Positions 25,935 to 40,976 of a stretch of 64,000 nucleotides of DNA are shown here, piece by piece. Numbering within the stretch: position 1 is the stretch's first letter; each line of letters starts with the position of its first letter. Under the pieces are notes generated by a model. It had not been told where the DNA came from and ran no database searches. It saw only the letters and a program-made list of their open reading frames with translations. The position numbers and the translations under genes were made by a program. The DNA is from Eledone cirrhosa (Eukaryota), in contig OZ024744.1 of assembly GCA_964016885.1 (NCBI GenBank), forward strand, positions 78,430,001 through 78,494,000, written 5' to 3'.

Positions 25935-27059
25935 GTAAATTATGATAGAGATCAGATTGATATTGCAGATGTTTCTCGGGCATTCTGAAACTTGGTTCAA
26001 TGGAATTCCCACTCTGTTCATATCTTTTCTACAGGTGTTGAATTGCAACAGTTTAAGCAGAACATGAATGATATCAATTTCACTGACCCCACTGTTGGAG
26101 TAGATAATGCAGTACCATCAACCACCATGCTGTCTAGGTCGACTTGACAGTTTCTAATGCCACTATAGTGGATAAAACACCAAATATTCTTAAAATTCCA
26201 CTTCACTAACATCTTTATTTCAAATTCACTTATTATTATTAGCTTTGTCTTTCATTCTTACGAGGTTGATAAAATAAAGTACCAGTAACGTACTGAGGTC
26301 GATTAATCGATTTCTTCTTCCCCAAAAATTGTTGGTCTTGTGCCTAAATCAGAAACCATTATTAGCAGTATCGGTAGAGCGTCGGACCCCATGCTTTGCA
26401 GCATAGAGTTATGGCCCTTTACGTACCGAGTTCAAATCCACGGAGGTTAGCTTTGCCTTTTATCCTTACGGGATCGATAAAATAAAGCACTGGGATAATA
26501 ACTGGCCTTGTGCCAAAAGTAGAAACAATTATAATTATTGTATTTGAAAGAGCTGGTCGAATTTACGACAATGAAACCGTTCGGATATGTAAATAGCACT
26601 ATCTTTTTTAAACCAGTGAGATTTACAGACTCCACAAGCATTGCTTGTTGCCCAATCTATTTCATGAACATAAAGTAGCCAACTTTTCGTTTGACCTTAT
26701 AACAAACTAAAGCCAATTACGACCGCAAATATTGCAGACCAAGTTTATCCCATCAACTTCACACAAATTGTACGTCTTCATGTAGCTCGATAAAATTCAT
26801 GGGAAGTGCGCGCTTTTTCAAAACATCCATTTTCTCCGTTGACACATATATATATATATTATTTTCTGTTCCGCGCTGTATTGCATGGCATGCACATCAA
26901 ATTGTTAGCCCCTCGCTCAACTTTTCTCCTTTACTGTGGGTTAAAGGTTGCTGTGAGTGATCCCAAAACACAGTGGTCGATTCTCTCTGAATATATATAG
27001 ATATATTCACACACACAGATTCCCATATACGTTATGTATGACATACATAAGGGAAATTA

Positions 27060-27904
27060 GCGGTTTTTTCTTCTATGTATCAAGAGGCGGAACGACAGGA
27101 CGCTGTGCTGGAACAAATGGTTGAACCATGGAAAAACGGACATAAAATAATAATGATGTTGATAGATATTTCACTTCTCATTGATGACATACTGGTAGGC
27201 CGCACTTTCTTAAACGAAATACGAAAACATAACATATGACATATTAAATAATAAAAATAAACTTTACTCTTTTCGCCAACTTCCGTTCCAATAAGAATGA
27301 CACTCTCTCTCTTTCTCTCGTTAATACTCCTACTTTAATGTTTGTTACCTATTATCGCATCCTAATACCCGCAACATAATATTGTCTCTCTTTTACCTCT
27401 TCCTTCACCTCCAATTCATTCTATTTCTCTTTCTTTCTTCTCCCCAACCACTTCGCTCTTAATTTACCTTTCCCCCTTGTTACTTCTCTGTTTCGTTTGT
27501 TCTTTCTTTGTTCCTACCTCCCTCTTTTTAATTTTACCCCCTCTTACTTTCCCTCTTTCTCCCCCTCCATTCCACTCCACTCTCCCTCTAAGCTCTTCTA
27601 GCTTTCTTTTACCCGCCCCACCTTACTTATACCCTTTTCCCCTTCTCTTTCTTTGTAACCCTCTCATACTTTCTCTGTAGGTTTGTGAAAATGGCGGTAG
27701 CTCAGTGAAAACAACAACTTCCCGTGCTGCTGGTGTAGAACCGATCTGGGGGAAACAGATCAGCGGCGAAAACGAGCGGAAACTCACAACAAAATATAAA
27801 CGCCGAAAGCCAAAATACTAACAATTACACATATTAATTCTTAACGTTTTCAATATACTTTAATGTAGATTTCCTCTAAAGAAGACATTAAAATAAGATA
27901 GAAA
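27060..27904 (+). promoter_or_regulatory. HIRA promoter / 5' UTR region
   Basis: Local CpG enrichment, ~300-nt polypyrimidine tract, AAAATGGCGG (YY1-type motif) at 27688-27697 upstream of the HIRA ATG. Confidence 0.6.
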
Positions 27905-27941
27905 ATGAGGCTTTTAAAACCAAGCTGGGTAACATTGGATG
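27905..27941 (+). CDS. HIRA: HIRA coding exon 1 (37 nt, [12 protein letters not shown])
   Basis: aaaATG start; donor GTAGGT at 27942; matches the HIRA MKLLKPxWV start. Confidence 0.93.
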
Positions 27942-28170
27942 GTAGGTTACAAACAAATTATATATAATTTAATATATATTTAATTATATGTGTGTCTCTC
28001 TCTCTATATAATTTGTTTATTACGTTGTTTGTTCAGATGACTTAATTGTTTCTCTTCCACTCATTTTTTCCCTTTTTAAACGCACCGTTTTTCCTCCAAC
28101 ATTAATTGAAAATAGAGCATTTTTATAAATAGGATTTGAAAAAAAAAATATATGCATGATATATTTCATT

Positions 28171-28205
<35 letters not shown>

Positions 28206-29105
28206 TTAGTGTAGTTGTGAAAGCAGTTAATATTTGTAAAGATCTGAGTTTTATTTTGTTTGATAATTATTTGTGTTTTAGAAATAAATCCCACTTTGAC
28301 GTTTTAAACTAATCTTATTGTTGTATAGAGACCATCTTTTGTTGTAAGGGTCGTCGCTCGGAATCGGACAGTCTTTTAGGAAAAAAAATATTTAGGCACG
28401 TGCTGGGAAGGGGGAAAGGCTATATTTATTTATTTACCATTAATTTAGATGTGAAGCAGATAACTTTTAAAAATTTGTTTATTTTCTTTTGTCGGGACTG
28501 ATGCTGTCCCATATGAGAAGAGGATGACATGATATTTCCATTTCATGAGTAAAGTTGCTCAACAAATCACCACCGCTGTCCAATTATCACCTTGTCTTGT
28601 TTGTCCTCCTGTCTCTTCTCCTACTGTCATTGACATGGATCATTTGACTATTTTTATTCCAAAATGCAAAGGAAAAAAATAAAAGATATCCATGTCGGAT
28701 TAAAAATAAATAAAGATATTAGTTAATAACATTGACAAATTCAGTCATTTGAATATAATTCCTCATTGGAAAATTCAATTACCATTATTCCGTAAATGTG
28801 TAATTGAAATCCTAGGTACATTATAATTTTTTTTTTCTTTTTCATTTTCAACTGATTTATTTTCTCCTAATCTAAACTGCCAATTGGAAACTGGCATGAT
28901 GCAAAATAATAATTGAATAGAACAAGTAATCAACTAACAAAGAAACCTAAGAATATTGATTTAGTTTTGATATCAATTTTGGAAGTTCGATCATTTTGAT
29001 TGCAAGATATAAGATAAACTTATTCATATCTTAGGATTGCTTACTATAATAATGGTTGCCAGGAATCAAAGAGCAAGTGTCTTTTTTTTAATTTTTTTTT
29101 ACTAG

Positions 29106-29159
<54 letters not shown>

Positions 29160-32100
29160 ATGTGTCCGCGTTTTGTTTGACCGACTTTGCAAGTATTTTA
29201 ACATTATACAACGGAAATATTAAACTTGAGCGACATGCAGTAATTAAATTTCATCTCCCGCTAACCTTGATGCTTTTGTTAATTACTGCTCCAAGAGACA
29301 CTTTATTTATATTTTATATATCTGTTTATTTTTATGGCGCAAGCGTTTCTTTGTTGCAAAATTAAATATTAAGGCTTGTTTTTATTGAGATTATCAGAAA
29401 CTAATTGATGGAGCTGAATTCCGTAAATTTTGAGAAATTGGTAAATTGTTTAAACAATTGAAGAAATATAGCATTTGGAGCAAATTAAAATGAAATTGAA
29501 TGCAACTAGCACGAAGCTAGAAAAGGTTTCCAGGGACACATTAGGCTGGATCCAACTTGTTTTTATGCTTCTCAAAAAAGCGCTAACATCAATCAGTCAC
29601 TCCTCAATTTAAAAAGAAAAGAATTCGCTAACTTCCCCGTGCAGTGCAACTGTTCTATCGTGTATTATTAATTACATAATTAATTGGTTCCTATTTACCA
29701 GCTCAAGAATCTATTCACATTCGATACTTGATGATATTACATTTTATTTGTTAGTTCCTCGATAAACTTTCTAGGAAATTGTATTTAAGAAATGCCGATT
29801 TTTTACAATAAACAATTTAGAATAAGCAATGAATTAATTTGCCTCGGGGGCAAAACTCTTTTGTAAGGGGTAAATGTAAATAGCCAATGTAATCGATTAC
29901 CGTTGTATTTGATTCTTTGCATCTGTAGGGATCAAAGACAAAGGCTCGATTTGTCTCCATTAGTGGGAGAAATAACAATTTGAAGACATTGTTATCGCAT
30001 ACGCGCGCGCATATTGTGTGTATAGATAGATTTAAGTTCTTTGCAGAATTTAAGCCGGTCACTAACAAAGTGACAAGATGTTTTTGTTTGACTCAAGACA
30101 GTTGAAGGGATTTGTGAATAAGGCAGTGAAGTAAAAAGTAAGCATATATTTAGGTGTGTTTTACATATGGGCATGTGTCTAGTATACGGGGTGTGTGTGA
30201 TGTGCATAGAGTTGTATGCATTTATACATTCCAAGTAACTCAAATGGAAAATTTTAAGAATATCTTACAAGTCTTCACTGTATCTCTATTCTATCAGATC
30301 TGAAGGATGCGGATTAGTTTGGTTTACTCTTTCCTGGAAAATCCCAGCATTTCTAGTCTTTTATCCAAATATGTAGTTATATAACCCAGGTACAAATAAT
30401 ATATTGCCAGGATGTGTTTCTCCGACAGGTTAGTCCAGCTACCTTTGGGTCGCATGGAACAGTTCAGAGTATTTGTTCAGGAGTTCTTTAAGATATTTCT
30501 TTAAGATATTTTCACTGCTAAGTACACATGGTGTACTCAGTTCTCTCCCATTCAGCAAGTTTTGTCTGAGTGATATGCTGTCACCTTATGAATCTCCCTC
30601 CATTCCTCTGTATAATTTAGACCCTCTCTGTGTCACTGCTAATGTGGAAGCTACCAGTGATATTTAATATTTCTCAAGTTCTGATGTCCATGTTTTTGGA
30701 TCTCATCTAGTGTCCAGTGTATTATAATTTTATTGAATAACTCTGATTTCCATACTCTACTAAATATTCCTTTGTCAAAACACAAAAGTATGCAACATAG
30801 AAGAGGTAGATAAGCCATTGATATCCATATTCCATGTCTGGTCAACAATGTTTCCTTGATTGACTACCAAATATGAACACTTAATCTGACCAAATTCTGT
30901 TCCTATGTCCCATGAAAATATTGTAGCCAGCTCTGTCTGTTGATGCTGTGAATATTACCTGAATACAGCTTAAGGTTATCAACAAAAAGGTGTGGATGAC
31001 ATTCATTTTCTCCTTCCTCTGCAGATGCTAACATGTAGCCTTGTAATTTCTTTGTCAGAACTGACAAAGGGTACACTGTCATGGCACACAGCAATACAGA
31101 CAAGCTGTCACCTTAGAATATTCCTGTCAACAACTTAATTTTGTTTGAGACTCTAGTTGTTTCAGTTTTTAGTTGTATATTTGTGTGTGTATATATATAT
31201 GTACATGTATATATATATCATTATCATCACCGCCATTTATCGTCCATTTTCCATGCTAGCATGGGTTAGACAAGTTGTCCCATTGTGAGACAAATCAGAT
31301 CAGCTGACCATGTCTTGCTCATACAGAACTGGTTTTGGCTTGGTTTCTACAGCTGGATGCCCTTCCTAACACCAACCACATTAGTGTGTAGTGGGTGCTT
31401 TTTGACCACTTTACAGTGTGGGCTGGCTAGGGATTGGGGAGGTAGATCTAGGGATGTGGAATGTTAGGACGGGGTAGGTGAAGCTGCGTACTAGATGTAT
31501 ATTTCAACCCCTGTATGGGGGAAGGTGGGTCTTTATTACTGCATAATGCCAGGGATCCCAGTCTGTGTCATATATATATATATATACATACGCACACACA
31601 CACACACGTTTATATACACACATATATATATATATATATACATGCATATGTATATACACATGTATATGTATGTATGTATTTGAGGGGAAGAAAAGTCTCT
31701 TCAATTGTGTTAGTGCCATGATAAAATGCACCAAGTGAACTCTGTAGAGGGAGGTAATATATATAAATGAAATGCAGCCACTGTTTGTCTACTAGGTCAG
31801 TAACTCTGTTTCAGTACTGTCCTCGTCTATGACAATTCGTCCAGCCTTTGCTAGCAGGGAAAATGTATGTTAATTGAGGATATATGTCATCATTCGACAT
31901 TAACTTTTCCATGCCGGCATGGGTTGGACTGGTCATCACAGATGAAGCAAGTACTTAATTGGAGTTAATGACCTATTAGACAGGCTGGAAGCCAGCGTCA
32001 TTTATATACGTTGCAGCACTTTACAGAGTGCATTCAGTTGTCAGTTGCTAACTCAACTGAAGACTCCACTCTACTCTATGGGGTGAGGAGACGCTTGTGC

Positions 32101-35100
32101 CAAGGTAGCTGTGTTTAACTACTTCGGTGCCATAGACAAGATAACTCGTCCTAACATGTTTGAACTCTTTTCCAACAGTTTATAACTTCAAAGTTAGATG
32201 GGGTTACTAGTTTATTAATGTGATGTTTGTAAATCATTCAGATATGTGTTGTTAATAAATGTTTGTGGCAGTCAACAGGTTAAGGAGTGAAGACAGGAGT
32301 GGGAGGTGTGGCAAGTATAAAGTCATGGGTGGGAGGGATAAATATGATGCTATGGGTGCATGAAACTGGTTAGATTTATGAGGGAAAGAAGGGACAACAG
32401 AATGACAAATGTGGTGAGATGAAAGCAGATGGGGAGTAACGGGTGATAACGTGAAATCATGTGTGCACAAAAAGAGTGGTGGGATTTAAAGGGAATAATA
32501 TGAGGGAGGGAAACTGTTATAATGTATAATGTCATTTTGTGGTGAGATTTGACAGGATGAAGTGAGGGAGAAAAGGGGGGGGGGGGTGATAATTGATAGA
32601 AGTGGGGATGTCAGAAATGTAGGGACATTATAGGTAGTACCATATGTCACCAGTTATCTCTGTTGCAAGGTCCAGCTTCCTAATGTTGGACTTCAAGTCA
32701 TCTTAGGTTTACCTCTTCCATACGCATCACATCCCTATACCAATGCAGTCTTCTCTCATACTACATCAGATTCCTCCTCTACTGAGTTTTTCTCTTCGTT
32801 TATTTATGCTACATCATTCATGCTCACTAACATCACACATACTTCATTTCCCTTCTAGCCTTCATAGATATTCTGCAGTTCGCACATAGCCATCATACAG
32901 TCTTCCTTTCACTCTGAGAGGGCAGTCCTCTGTTGTCAGCAGAGGTACTAACTCCCAAAACATCTAGCCCATTCTTACTCTGGTTACCATACTTCAGAAA
33001 CCTGGTTGGAAAGCAAATTTCTCAACTACACACCCACGCCTGGGCTTAACACAGCCATATATATATATATATGTGCTTAGTTCTTATTCATAATTACTGT
33101 GCTCCTGTGCACTTTCATGATGTCAGCTTCTTGACATCAGTCTCCCCCACCTATTTTTATAGGGCTCCCTCTACTGTAGGATCCATAAACTTTGAGCACT
33201 TTATACAACTGATCCTCCATACACATCACATGTCTGTTCTGTAGCAGTGCAGTCTTCACTCTTACACACAATCTCTAGATGCACACAAACGTTACACATC
33301 CAATAGATTATGCTCACTTTATTTCTGCTGATCAAATTTTTCCGTATCCATTCCCATGATTCTCTATCATACAATGTTGCTCACCCTAAACAAGCATCAT
33401 ACAATCTACCCTTTACTCTGAGAGAGAACTCTTGTTACTATCAAAGTTAGTAGCTCCTTAAATTTTTTTTGTTCGTTCCTGCTCTAGCTACTTTGCTTTC
33501 AGTGCATCCACCTCCTCTGTTATTTTGGTCACCTAGGTAGGAAAAGCTATTGACTGCTTCTAGTGAGCCTTCCAAGCATCTGAATGTATATCTTTCATGT
33601 GTATTCTTATTGCTAAACTACTCCTGTACATCTGCCACAAACAAAGTCTACCTCCACTGCCCAGCTGTGTGTGATCCCATTATACTCCTTGAGTACCCAT
33701 TGTAATCATTATGTACACCTTATAGAATTTCTTCCTACTCTTTTTCTGCATGTCAAGCACTGTTATTTCCCTCATATCATTAGAATCCTGTCCTTTATGC
33801 TAACTAAAATGTTAGTCTTTGCTAAAATTACTCTGAAGCCTCTTTATTTCAAGGTTCTGTTTCAAAGTCTGGAATTTCTTCTAACACTTCTGCAGATTCA
33901 GCTGTTTTGTTTATAAACTTAATCCTTTTCTTATTTTGCATTTAATTTGGTACCATATTGTTACTTTCAGACAAACCAATATTTTCTATTGATATTCATC
34001 CAGATGGGTCTCGATTTGCCACAGGTGGCCAAGGTTAGTATAATTTATTATTCATTAAATGTTAATATCCTGTACTACATGAAACCAGAATAGTAAGGCA
34101 TCCCTGTAAAGTACAAAAGAACACTAAGACTACTTAGTTTATTGTGTGTAATCAATAAACATTTAAATTTGACTATGCATTGTGGGTTCAAAACTACGAG
34201 GGTCGGTTGTAAAGTTTGTTAGCTGACCATGATACTCTCATAGAATGTGACCAAATGAAGTTTATTCTTCAGCATAGTCACCCTTGCGGTCCATATACTT
34301 TTTCCATCGGTATTGCAGTGCTTGGATCCCATTGGTGAAAAAGCTTTCATCTTGTTAGTGAAAAAAGTCATCAACAACAGATAAGATGCCATCATCACTG
34401 CGATACTGGTTCCCAGCCAAGTGTGTTTTCATGTTGGGGAACAGATGATAGATGGGGCCAAATCGAGAAAACAGAGAAGCTGATCAACCAGTTCAAAGAC
34501 ACAATCACACACAGCAGCCATTGAAACCAAGGATTTGTGTGCTGAAACATTAACCTGATGAAGCAAGACCCCTTTCGTCAGTTTTCCTGAGCGTTTGGTC
34601 TTGATAGTTGGCATAGTACTCCTTTATGAAGATAGTGAATAGACACAATGCCTCTTCCATTGCATCCTAAAAAACTTGTGGCCATCACCTTCCCTACAGA
34701 TGAAATGACTGTGGCCTTCTTTGGAGCAGGTGAGGAAGGTGTGTTTCACTGCATGAATTGTCTCTTTGTCTCTGGCTTAAAGTGATGAACCTAACACACT
34801 CATCCTGGATTAGGAAATATTCAAGAAATTCAGCTGGATCTGTCTCAAACAATGTTAGGTTTTCTGGAGATGTGATCAGACCGGTGCGCTTATGATCAGG
34901 TGTCAGAAGGCGTGGCATCCATGAAGCAGAAACTTTCATCATGCCAAGTTCAATGTGCTGAATATTCTCAACTTTCTCATGGGATATGCTAATAACATTG
35001 GCCAGTTCCATCACAATGTGGTGAACACAATGTTTTCCTCGGTGGTGGCAGTTGCACGATGTCCAGGTCTTGGGTCATCTTTAAAACTCTCCCTTCCCCT

Positions 35101-35544
35101 CCTAAATTCAGCTGTCCACTTTTGCACTGTTGTTAAAACTGGAACGTCATCCCCTAATGTAGCAACCATGTCTGCATGAATGTTGTTGGGAGCTAAACCC
35201 TTTTTCTGCAGGTACTTGATAACGGAAATCGCTACTAGTTACTTCTGAAGCCTTCTTTAAACAGTCAATGCAGTTATTAATGCATGCAAGATTTCACAGC
35301 TTTAGCATCACTCCATCATAGTCAGCCTATGAACTTTTCAGCCCACCCCTGTATTTTAGATGTTTTATTGAATTTCTGAATTTGAGGTCGCTTCATTCTT
35401 GAATATTTAGTTGTGGAAAAATAGATACCAAGCTGTATTCAGGAAATCAATCATTGTAGTGAAGTTTCTTATCTACATGGAGAATTATATTATTCTCTTG
35501 TGTTGCTATGGAAACCAGAGTTAAGCAGCAACCTCACACATACA

Positions 35545-35594
<50 letters not shown>

Positions 35595-38500
35595 TTGTCC
35601 CTCAGTATTCATGGGGGGTTACCTTCCTAGAGCACCCGCAAAGAATGAAAAACCATGAATATTGGATGTGGTCCATAAAAATGCCTATAAACGTCAAAAC
35701 ATAACATAAAATATAGGCTGGCAAATACAGTATATTGTTATTAATAATTTAGTGTTAAAAAGCGTGAAAAAATATATATTGCTACAAAAAAATCATTAAA
35801 AAATTGTGGAAGATATTTACGATTACGCAAATATACAGTGGTTTCCACGAACAATTATTAGTTAGGTTCTAAAGAAAATTCCGTGAATAACCAAGGCCAC
35901 GAATACTGGGGGTACACTATATGTATATATATAACGATCCTTTTAGGAGTGTTTAGTTGACTGAAAGCAAACAAAGGAAAAAAACTCTTATAACATTGGC
36001 CGAACCATGTCTTTTAGAACAATTTAAGTCAGTGCAGTGAGCATGGAAACTAAACAGAGTTAATCTAATCTTTTGTTTACTAGTATCTCTTTGCCATTGT
36101 AGGTGATGATTGCGGTAAAGTTGTTATTTGGAACATGGCACCAGTTAGAGATGAAATATCCGAGAAAGATGATGCGGTGCCAAAAATATTATGTCAAATG
36201 GATAATCACTTAGGTAAGTTCAATATTATTTTCAACATGTAACGCGTTTTAAGACCATTTATTCTGCCAAAGCAAGGGTTAGCCTGACAGATTCCATGGC
36301 AAGCTTCATACTCATTGTGGGGTATTTCTTGTGGCAATGTTTTATGGCCAGATGCCCTTCCTGACCCAACCCTTTTAGTTACATTTTATAACATGCAGGG
36401 ATATGGTGCCCCTATTCTAAATTGCATATATACTCAGCAATTATTTTCAAGATATATTATTACTATTTCATAGTGGTTCTATCCGTGGGACGTCAGACAA
36501 AATGCTTTGCAATATTTGTTCTGGGTCTCTATGCTCTGAGTTCAAATCACATCAATGTCAACTTTGCCTTTCATCTTTCCAGGGTCGATACCAGTCATTT
36601 ACTAGGGGTAATGGTATTGTTGAAGTGAAAGGGTCTTGTCATTTCTGATTTAACAGATTGATGTTTTAGAAACAAGTAACCAAAAACATTTTGGTGACCC
36701 ACAAATTCAAAGTATGGTGCAGATATGGTGTGGTATTTGATCCTTTAACTCAACATACTACATTCCATTTTCTTTTCTTTGCTGCTATTGTTACTACAGC
36801 AATAACTGGCCTTGTTCACTGGCTATTCATCTCTCTCCCTGCTCATGTTTTCTCACCCATCTCCAACCTGCTTGAGTTTAGACTTATATTAACCCCTCTG
36901 ATCCCACCTAGTTGCACCTATACAACAATCTAACGGACCACGATATGGCTATGGGTGTTACCTCTTCTCACCAGCCTAGTAAATTAAAAAAAATGTATTT
37001 TATAAAAAGTATAGCCACATACATCTGAATCTTAATATCATTGGAATGGATCTCAGTCAGTTTCCATGATGAGCATTCCAGTTGTTTGATGTAAGGGGCT
37101 AAGCATTCCCAGATATATGTATGCTTAACACAATTTTTAAGGAGATTCTGTGCGACATAGGGCTGGCTCATAGACTGAATTAGAAGCACTGTTTGTGTGA
37201 TGAGTTTCCAAGCAGTTTCCAGGCTATGGTAAATGACTCTAGCCCAAGATACTACACAGTGAAATCAAACGGTGTACTTAATGATTGCAAAGCAAACTTC
37301 TTAACCATTTGGCTATGCTGTATCTACAATCAACTTTAGTAAAATATATTTGACATATCGAGAGTCAATGTCTCCTAATTTGTAAAGATGCTAACATGTT
37401 GTAGTGAACCTGAGCACTGTACACAATAATTTTCATTATATTATATGAATAGTTTACCATCCCTTGATTAGCAAACATATAACATTATGGAGAGTTTAAC
37501 ATCCTCTAATTAGTAAATAACATGTAATATATGGAGAGTTGAATGCTCCTTAATTAGTAAGCATGTTGAACGGAGAGTTTAATAACCCCTAAGTAGCAAA
37601 CATGTATATGGAGGGTTAAATAAATGTCTCCTACTTATTAAACATGTTGACATGTGGAGTGTTCTTCCTTCACAAAAAAAGGAAGGAAAATGCTTGTTTT
37701 GTGCCTAAGTTAGAAACCATTAACCCTTTAGCATTTAAACCAGCTGTTTCCGGCCAGAATTTTCTCACCTCTTTCTATTCAAACCAGTTGTAACTGGCCA
37801 CTCATACTGATGTTAAGGTATTGTTTTCAAAATAAATAATATCAAAATCTCATAGATTACCAAGAAAATATAATAGTAAATATAGAGTAATGTAAATGGT
37901 AAAGGGTTAATATTACATGCACGATTCCAAATCTCTTGTCTTCCCTACAATTATAAAAAGACAAATGTTTTTAAATATTTTTTTCCAACAATTACAGATT
38001 TTGAAAAAAATATTTTTTTTAACAGGTTGTGTAAACTGTGTTCGATGGTCTCATAGTGGCTGTCATTTAGCTTCTGGTGCAGACGACAAATTAGTCATGA
38101 TATGGAAAACGAGTAGGTAAGTAAAATAAGTATATTTTAGCTAGGAGTCTATGTCTCTATATACTGCAACAGTCTGTTGATGTTCATATATGATTGTTTC
38201 AATATTTATTGTCATTCATTCATTCATATAGGGGTCATGTAATTGTCATGACAAAAGCAAGCGCCTAGTCCGCAATGTAAAGTGGTTGTGTAGGTGTCAC
38301 GACAAAAAGCACCCAGTCTACACTGTAAAGTGGTTGTGTAAAAGATACAACAAAAAGTACTCAGTCCACGCTGTAGAGTGGTTGTGTAGGTGTCATAACA
38401 AAAAGCACCCAGCCCATGCTGTAAAGTGGTTGTGCAGGCGACACAGTAAAAAGCACCCAGCACACACTGTAAATGAGGTTTGTTCTATGTGAAGCGAAAT

Positions 38501-40943
38501 ATGGTCTTCCTATCTGATCTCTCTCAAAGAGACAGCCTGTCCTACCCATGCTAGCTTGGAAAATAGATGTTAAACAATGATGTTGATGTATATATATATA
38601 TGTGTATATAGACACGTGCACACACATAAATATATGTGTATACACACACACACACGTGTGTGTGTGTATATGATAGACTTTTTCACAGCATCCATCTTAT
38701 CAAATTAACTGACAAAGCATTGGTTAACCCATGTCTATAATAGACGACATTTGCCTGAGGTGCTGTGTGCATTGGGATTAAACCTGAACGATGTGGTGGT
38801 AGACTGAACTTAACTGCACAGACACTCACATACATGGCAACTGTCTACTGAGTAAGCTTCACTATAGTTAATATTTGAAGAGATTTTTAAAAATAATTCT
38901 TTCTCTTACACCTCTACACATTCTAAATATTGTTTTTGGTCAAACATGGTGCCCCCAAGTGTTTGCATGTCCTTTTGTTTTCTTTATTATGTCTCCTATG
39001 AGTGTTGTGAATGTTATTGTAGAGATGTTGTATGTAATTCTTTGCGTGGAGAATGTTTATGGTGTGACTGTGATGGTTGGTTAATTGTATTTGTTCTGTT
39101 CTTGGTAAAATGGTAAGAAGGTAGTGTTGAGTTTGATGATTGGTTGGATGTATTTGATGTTCTCTGGTGTTGTTTGGTAAGAAGGGTGATGGTTGATGTT
39201 GTTGAGTTTGATGGTTGCATTTGATATTCTTGTGTTGTTGATAAAAAGGGAGACAGTGGAATTGGTAGTTGCCACTTTGACCCTTTTGATACAAAACTGC
39301 CCAAAACTACATCTGGTTCTATGGCTTAAAGTGTTTATATTAATCTAAGAATATTCCATCGTAATTTTATATTGTTCCAGATACTGGCTTAATAAAAAGC
39401 AAGTTAGTTATATTACTAAATCTCTCAAATTTTTTTATTTTTAAAATGATATGAAAATCATGGTAGATGAATGTGATGCCAGCTAATGTGTGGATAGTAT
39501 ATTGAATCCTTTGTTGATTTTTAACCATAGGTCTGGTCTGATTGGACAGGTTTATGATCAAAGGCACTTCAGTTATGCCCATCTTGTTTTAGCATTGTCC
39601 AATATGTTCATTCCTTATTTAAGAATCTAGTGGGAGATTTGGTTGCTATTCCTAAGAAGTTGAGCAACTAGTTGAGGCTTCCCTACTGTTCTTCTTTAAT
39701 TTTTTTGATACCAACCTGCCTGTCCCTCATTCTCTGATACAACTTAGTCTGTTTTAAAGTGTTTCTACATATTAAAACCTTCCATCACAATTTCTATCAA
39801 AACATTTTGTTAAATAATGCTCCAAATAGCAACTTGGTAATGGAAATGTTATTTATTTTGTTAAATATCTCCAAATTTTCGATTATTTTCAATATTAATT
39901 GAAACACTTTGACAGTGGATTTCTTTGGAAATATTGTAACAAAAGGGTTAAGGTGTTTCGTCATACCTTGGAGTTAAATCACTTAATAAGAAAATTCTGT
40001 TTTATTTTTGTTGTGTAGTGATTTTGAATTTAATACTTATTTTTGTCTTCAATGCCTGTAATTTAATAGGTATGGAGGTCCATCAACAGTGTTTGGCAGT
40101 GGAGGTAAAATGGTAAATATTGAACAATGGCGACCGGTATTTACACTTCGAGGACATTCTGGAGGTATGTTTGTTATTTGTGTTGTGTTTCTTTCAAATA
40201 TAGTTTAGGTTTAAGATTGTTATTAATTTGTTACCTGCCATAGTTGGAAAAAAAATCAGACTTTCAACTGTAAGAACATCATTACTGGTGCTTTATTTTA
40301 TCGACCCCATAAGAATGAGATGCAAAGCTAACCCTGGCAAAATTTGAACCCAGAACGTAAAGGGTCGTAACTCTATGCCACAAAGCGTGTTGTCCGATCG
40401 TCTACCGATACTGCCAGAACCATTGCCCTAACCATCACAAATAATAAGGATAATAATTCTCATTGTTTTACTCTTTCACACATCAATTTGGTGTGGCATC
40501 ATCTTCCATCGTTATTGCTGGTGTCTCTCCACTATATCTTCAGATGTCCTAAGGAAAAGTATATATTTTTTGGCCACAGGTTCTCATTGAAGTATTACAA
40601 ATGACCAGCATAGTAAATGGCTACTTTTACTACAGTCCTATGTAGCCACCTCTGTCTGATAGCATTTTCAATACGAAACAGACTGGGGTGTCTTCTTAAC
40701 TCCAGCATGAAGCATTCTAAATCAGACTTATCTCAATATGGTTTTATCAAGTGAAGTAGTGCTATTCTTCATTCAAAGTTTAAGAGCCATGAGGATGCAT
40801 CACAAACCATTGTAGACAACTCTGTTCAGGATAATGTCATCTCGCATTTAAGAATATATCGTGTGCTTAAGATGGACTAAAAATTAGAGCATACAAACTT
40901 CTGTAAATTTAGCTAGACTAATAATGTGGTACTCTTTTTTAGC

Positions 40944-40976
<33 letters not shown>

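Noticed and set aside
26035-26147. Possible terminal exon (ttctacAG|..VELQQFKQNMNDINFTDPTVG..*)
   Set aside because: No upstream partner exons and no recognisable homology; it sits among TE fragments.
26560-26830. Divergent gene sharing the HIRA promoter (MDVLKKRALP.. / MKTYNLCEVDGINLVCNICG)
   Set aside because: Both frames stop quickly and no downstream exons were found; the peptide resembles a decayed hAT transposase N-terminal zinc finger.
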